Source of the DNA: Squalus acanthias
Taxonomy: Eukaryota
Length of the DNA: 64,000 bases
Assembly (NCBI GenBank): GCA_030390025.1
Contig: JASTWF010000034.1
Coordinates: 2,356,001-2,420,000, forward strand
Direction of reading: 5' to 3'
This document shows, piece by piece, positions 61,360 through 64,000 of the stretch; position 1 is the first letter of the stretch; every line of letters begins with the position of its first letter. A program made the position numbers and the translations under genes. The notes under the pieces are model-generated. The model had not been told where the DNA came from, did no database searches, and saw nothing but the letters and a program-made list of their open reading frames with translations.

Positions 61360-62592
61360 AGAAAGAGGCAGATGCAGAGAGAGAGAGAGACGAAGATACA
61401 GAGAGAGAGAGATGCACACAGAGAGAGATACAGAGAGAGGGGGTCAGATACACAGAGAGAGAGAGAGAGAGACAGATACAGAGAGAGAGACTGATACAGA
61501 GAGGGAGACAGATACAGAGAGAGAGACAGATACAAAGCGAGAGAGAGAGAGACAGAGAGAGATAGAGGGACAGAGATAGAGAGAGGGACAGAGAGAGAGA
61601 GAAACAGAGAGAGAGAGATACACAGAGAAAGAGATATAGAGAGAGGGAGACAGATACATAGAGAGAGAGAGACAGATACAGAGAGAGGCTGATACAGAGA
61701 GGGAGACAGATACAGAGATAGAGGCACAGAGAGATAGAGAGGTACAGAAATAGAGAGATACAGAGAGAGAGAGAGAGATACAAAGAGAGAGAGAGAGAGA
61801 TACAGAGAGAGCGAGAGATAAAGAGAGAGGGAAAGAAACAGAGAGAGAGAGATACAGAGAGATAGAGACAGAGAGAAATAGAAATAGAGATATAAAGACA
61901 GAGAGAGATAGAGAGTTACAGAGAGAGATAGAGAGAGAGATACATAGAGAGACAGAGGTACAGAGAGATAGAGAGATTTACAGAGAGAGAGATACAGAGA
62001 GAGAGACAGAGAGAAGGAGACAGAGAAAGATAGAGAGACAGATAGAGAGACAGAGCGAGACAGAGATATAGAGCGAGATACAGTGAGAGAGATACAGAGA
62101 GGGAGATACAGTGAGAGAGAGATACAGAGAGAGAGATACAGAGAGAGATAGAGAGAGAGATACAGAGAAAGAGACAGAGAGAGAGAGAGAGATGCGAGAG
62201 AGAGGCGGAGAGAGAGAGAAAGAGAGAGACATGTATACAGAGATAAAGGGAGAGATACAGAGAGAGAGAGAGATAGAGAGAGAGAGAGAAAGAGATACAG
62301 AGAGAGAGAGAGATAGAGAGATACAGAGAGAGATAAAGACAGAGATACAGGGAGAGAGAGATAGAGATACAGAGAGAGAGATACAGAGAGAGAAACGTAC
62401 AGAGAGACAGAGATACAGAGAGTGAGAGACAGAGAGAGAGATACAGAGAGAGAGAGAGAGCGATACAATGAGAGAGACGGAGAGAGGGAGAAAGATACAG
62501 AGAGAGAGAGATACAGAGAGAGAGATACAGAGAGAAAGAGACAGAGAGAGGGAGAGATATCCAGAGAGAGAGAGATACAGAGAGTGTTATAC

Positions 62593-62625
<33 letters not shown>

Positions 62626-63252
62626 CAGAGAGAGAGTGTTACAGAGAGAGAGATACAGAGATAGATAGAGAGAGAGAGAGTTACAGAGAGAGAGATACAC
62701 AGAGAGATACAGAGAGAGAGATACAGAGAGAGATGAGAGAGATACAGAGAGAGATGAGACAGATATAGATACAGAGAGATAGAGAGATACAGAGAGAGAA
62801 ATACAGAGAGAGATACAGAGACAGAGAGATACAGAGAGAGAGATACAGAGAGAGAGGGAGATACAGAGAGAGAGAGAGAGAGAGAGACAGCGAGAGAGAT
62901 ACAGAGAGAGAGATACAAAGTGAGAAAGCGAGAGATACAGAGAGAGAAAGAGAGAGAGATACACAAAGAGAGAGGGAGAGAGAGAGATACAGAGAGCGAG
63001 AGACAGAGAGAGAGAGAGACAGATATACACACAGAGAGAGACAGATATACACACAGAGAGACCGAGTGATACAGAGAGCGAGAGATACACAGAGAGAGAG
63101 ATACACATAGAGAGATGCACAGCGACAGAGATAGAAATATACAGAGAGAGAGAGTGATACAAGGAGAGAGGGGGATACAGGGAGAGAGGGGGGTTCAGAG
63201 AGAGAGAGAGAGAGAGATACAGACAGAGCGAGACAGAGAGAGAGACAGATAC
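61360..63252. repeat. ~1.9 kb imperfect (GA)n/GATACA polypurine microsatellite
   Basis: Seen directly. Confidence 0.97.
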
Positions 63253-63353
63253 AGGATTATAAAGGGTCATTTTCAAAAGAATGCTTTCAGCAGTCTTCTG
63301 TCTGTTTTACTCAAATTATTTGAACTGTCTTAATGAGTTGTTACTTTCTGTAG

Positions 63354-63404
63354 GACCTGCACTTTCCTCTCCCGCTACAGAGAATCCAACGACAGGAACA
63401 TCAG
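63354..63404 (+). CDS. Candidate 51-bp symmetric phase-1 exon (Pro/Thr/Ser-rich stalk-like peptide)
   Basis: TTACTTTCTGTAG acceptor, CAG|GTGAGA donor; reads PALSSPATENPTTGTS. Confidence 0.3.
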
Positions 63405-63621
63405 GTGAGACCTATCTCTCCTGAAATCCCTATTTCCTGTTTGTTTCTTGCTGTCTCTTAGCTAATTACAGCTGCAGAGAGCAGAGTGAAAAGGCTAGGG
63501 GATTTGCAGTGAACAGGGCATTGTTTTTCATTCACAGACTGTACCCAGAGCAAGTGTGTGTAAGTGTGAATAATAAAGTGAGCAGAATAGGACCTGTTTG
63601 ATGGGACAGTGTGGAGGGAAC

Positions 63622-63810
63622 TCCTTATCTAAGGAAGGAAATACTTGCCTTAGGGCCTGTGCAACGAAGGTTCACTAGAATGATCCCTGGGACGAAATGG
63701 TTGTCCTATGAGGAGGGATTGAGTAGAATGGGCCTATAATCTCTTGAGTTTAGAAGAATGAGAGTTGATCTCATTGAAACATGTAAGATTCTGAGTGCGA
63801 TTCACAGGGT
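63622..63810 (+). mobile_element. CR1 ORF2 C-terminal fragment
   Basis: CCTTATCTAAGGAAGG...CAACGAAGGTTCACTAG...GAGTTTAGAAGAATGAGA. Confidence 0.8.
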
Positions 63811-64000
63811 TTTTCAGCATGGGTTAGATACTGTGAGTCAATCAGCAATGGCCACTCAGAGTTCTTGGACAAGACACAAACAGACAGCAGCCAGTATGTT
63901 TGAGCAATGGATCAGATTCATTAAGTTAACAGCGTAATATACTTAACATTAGGCGATAGTAACCAATAGCTCGCAGCCCTTGGTTTCTGCAGCCCTTCGG

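Noticed and set aside
61136..63333. 562-aa Ser/Leu and Arg/Glu-rich ORFs
   Set aside because: Translations of the GA microsatellite.

Overview
Repeat-dense vertebrate DNA, most likely from a cartilaginous fish (inferred from the CR1 LINEs, DeuSINE, Penelope-like tails and GPR139-like receptor). The one convincing host gene is the intact large coding exon of a GPR139-like class A GPCR (10701-11602, +); its first exon was not found. About 65 bp after its stop codon is a ~1.07 kb array of 27-bp units, most carrying a YY1-consensus motif. Mobile DNA: one nearly intact CR1 (978-aa ORF2, one frameshift in ORF1), one full-length decayed CR1, many CR1 fragments, a decayed Harbinger transposon, three copies of a ~740-bp MITE with 3-bp AAT/ATT target duplications, two solo LTRs, SINEs, and Penelope-like tails with minimal hammerhead motifs. 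A ~16.5 kb 65-bp satellite has higher-order duplications and two different inserts at the same position of the monomer. Around 48.3-53.9 kb, with an inverted partial copy at 20.5-21.5 kb, are eroded LRR-like coding remnants that may be a Toll-like receptor pseudogene. Everything was read by eye, with no searches run; boundaries of old elements are approximate.
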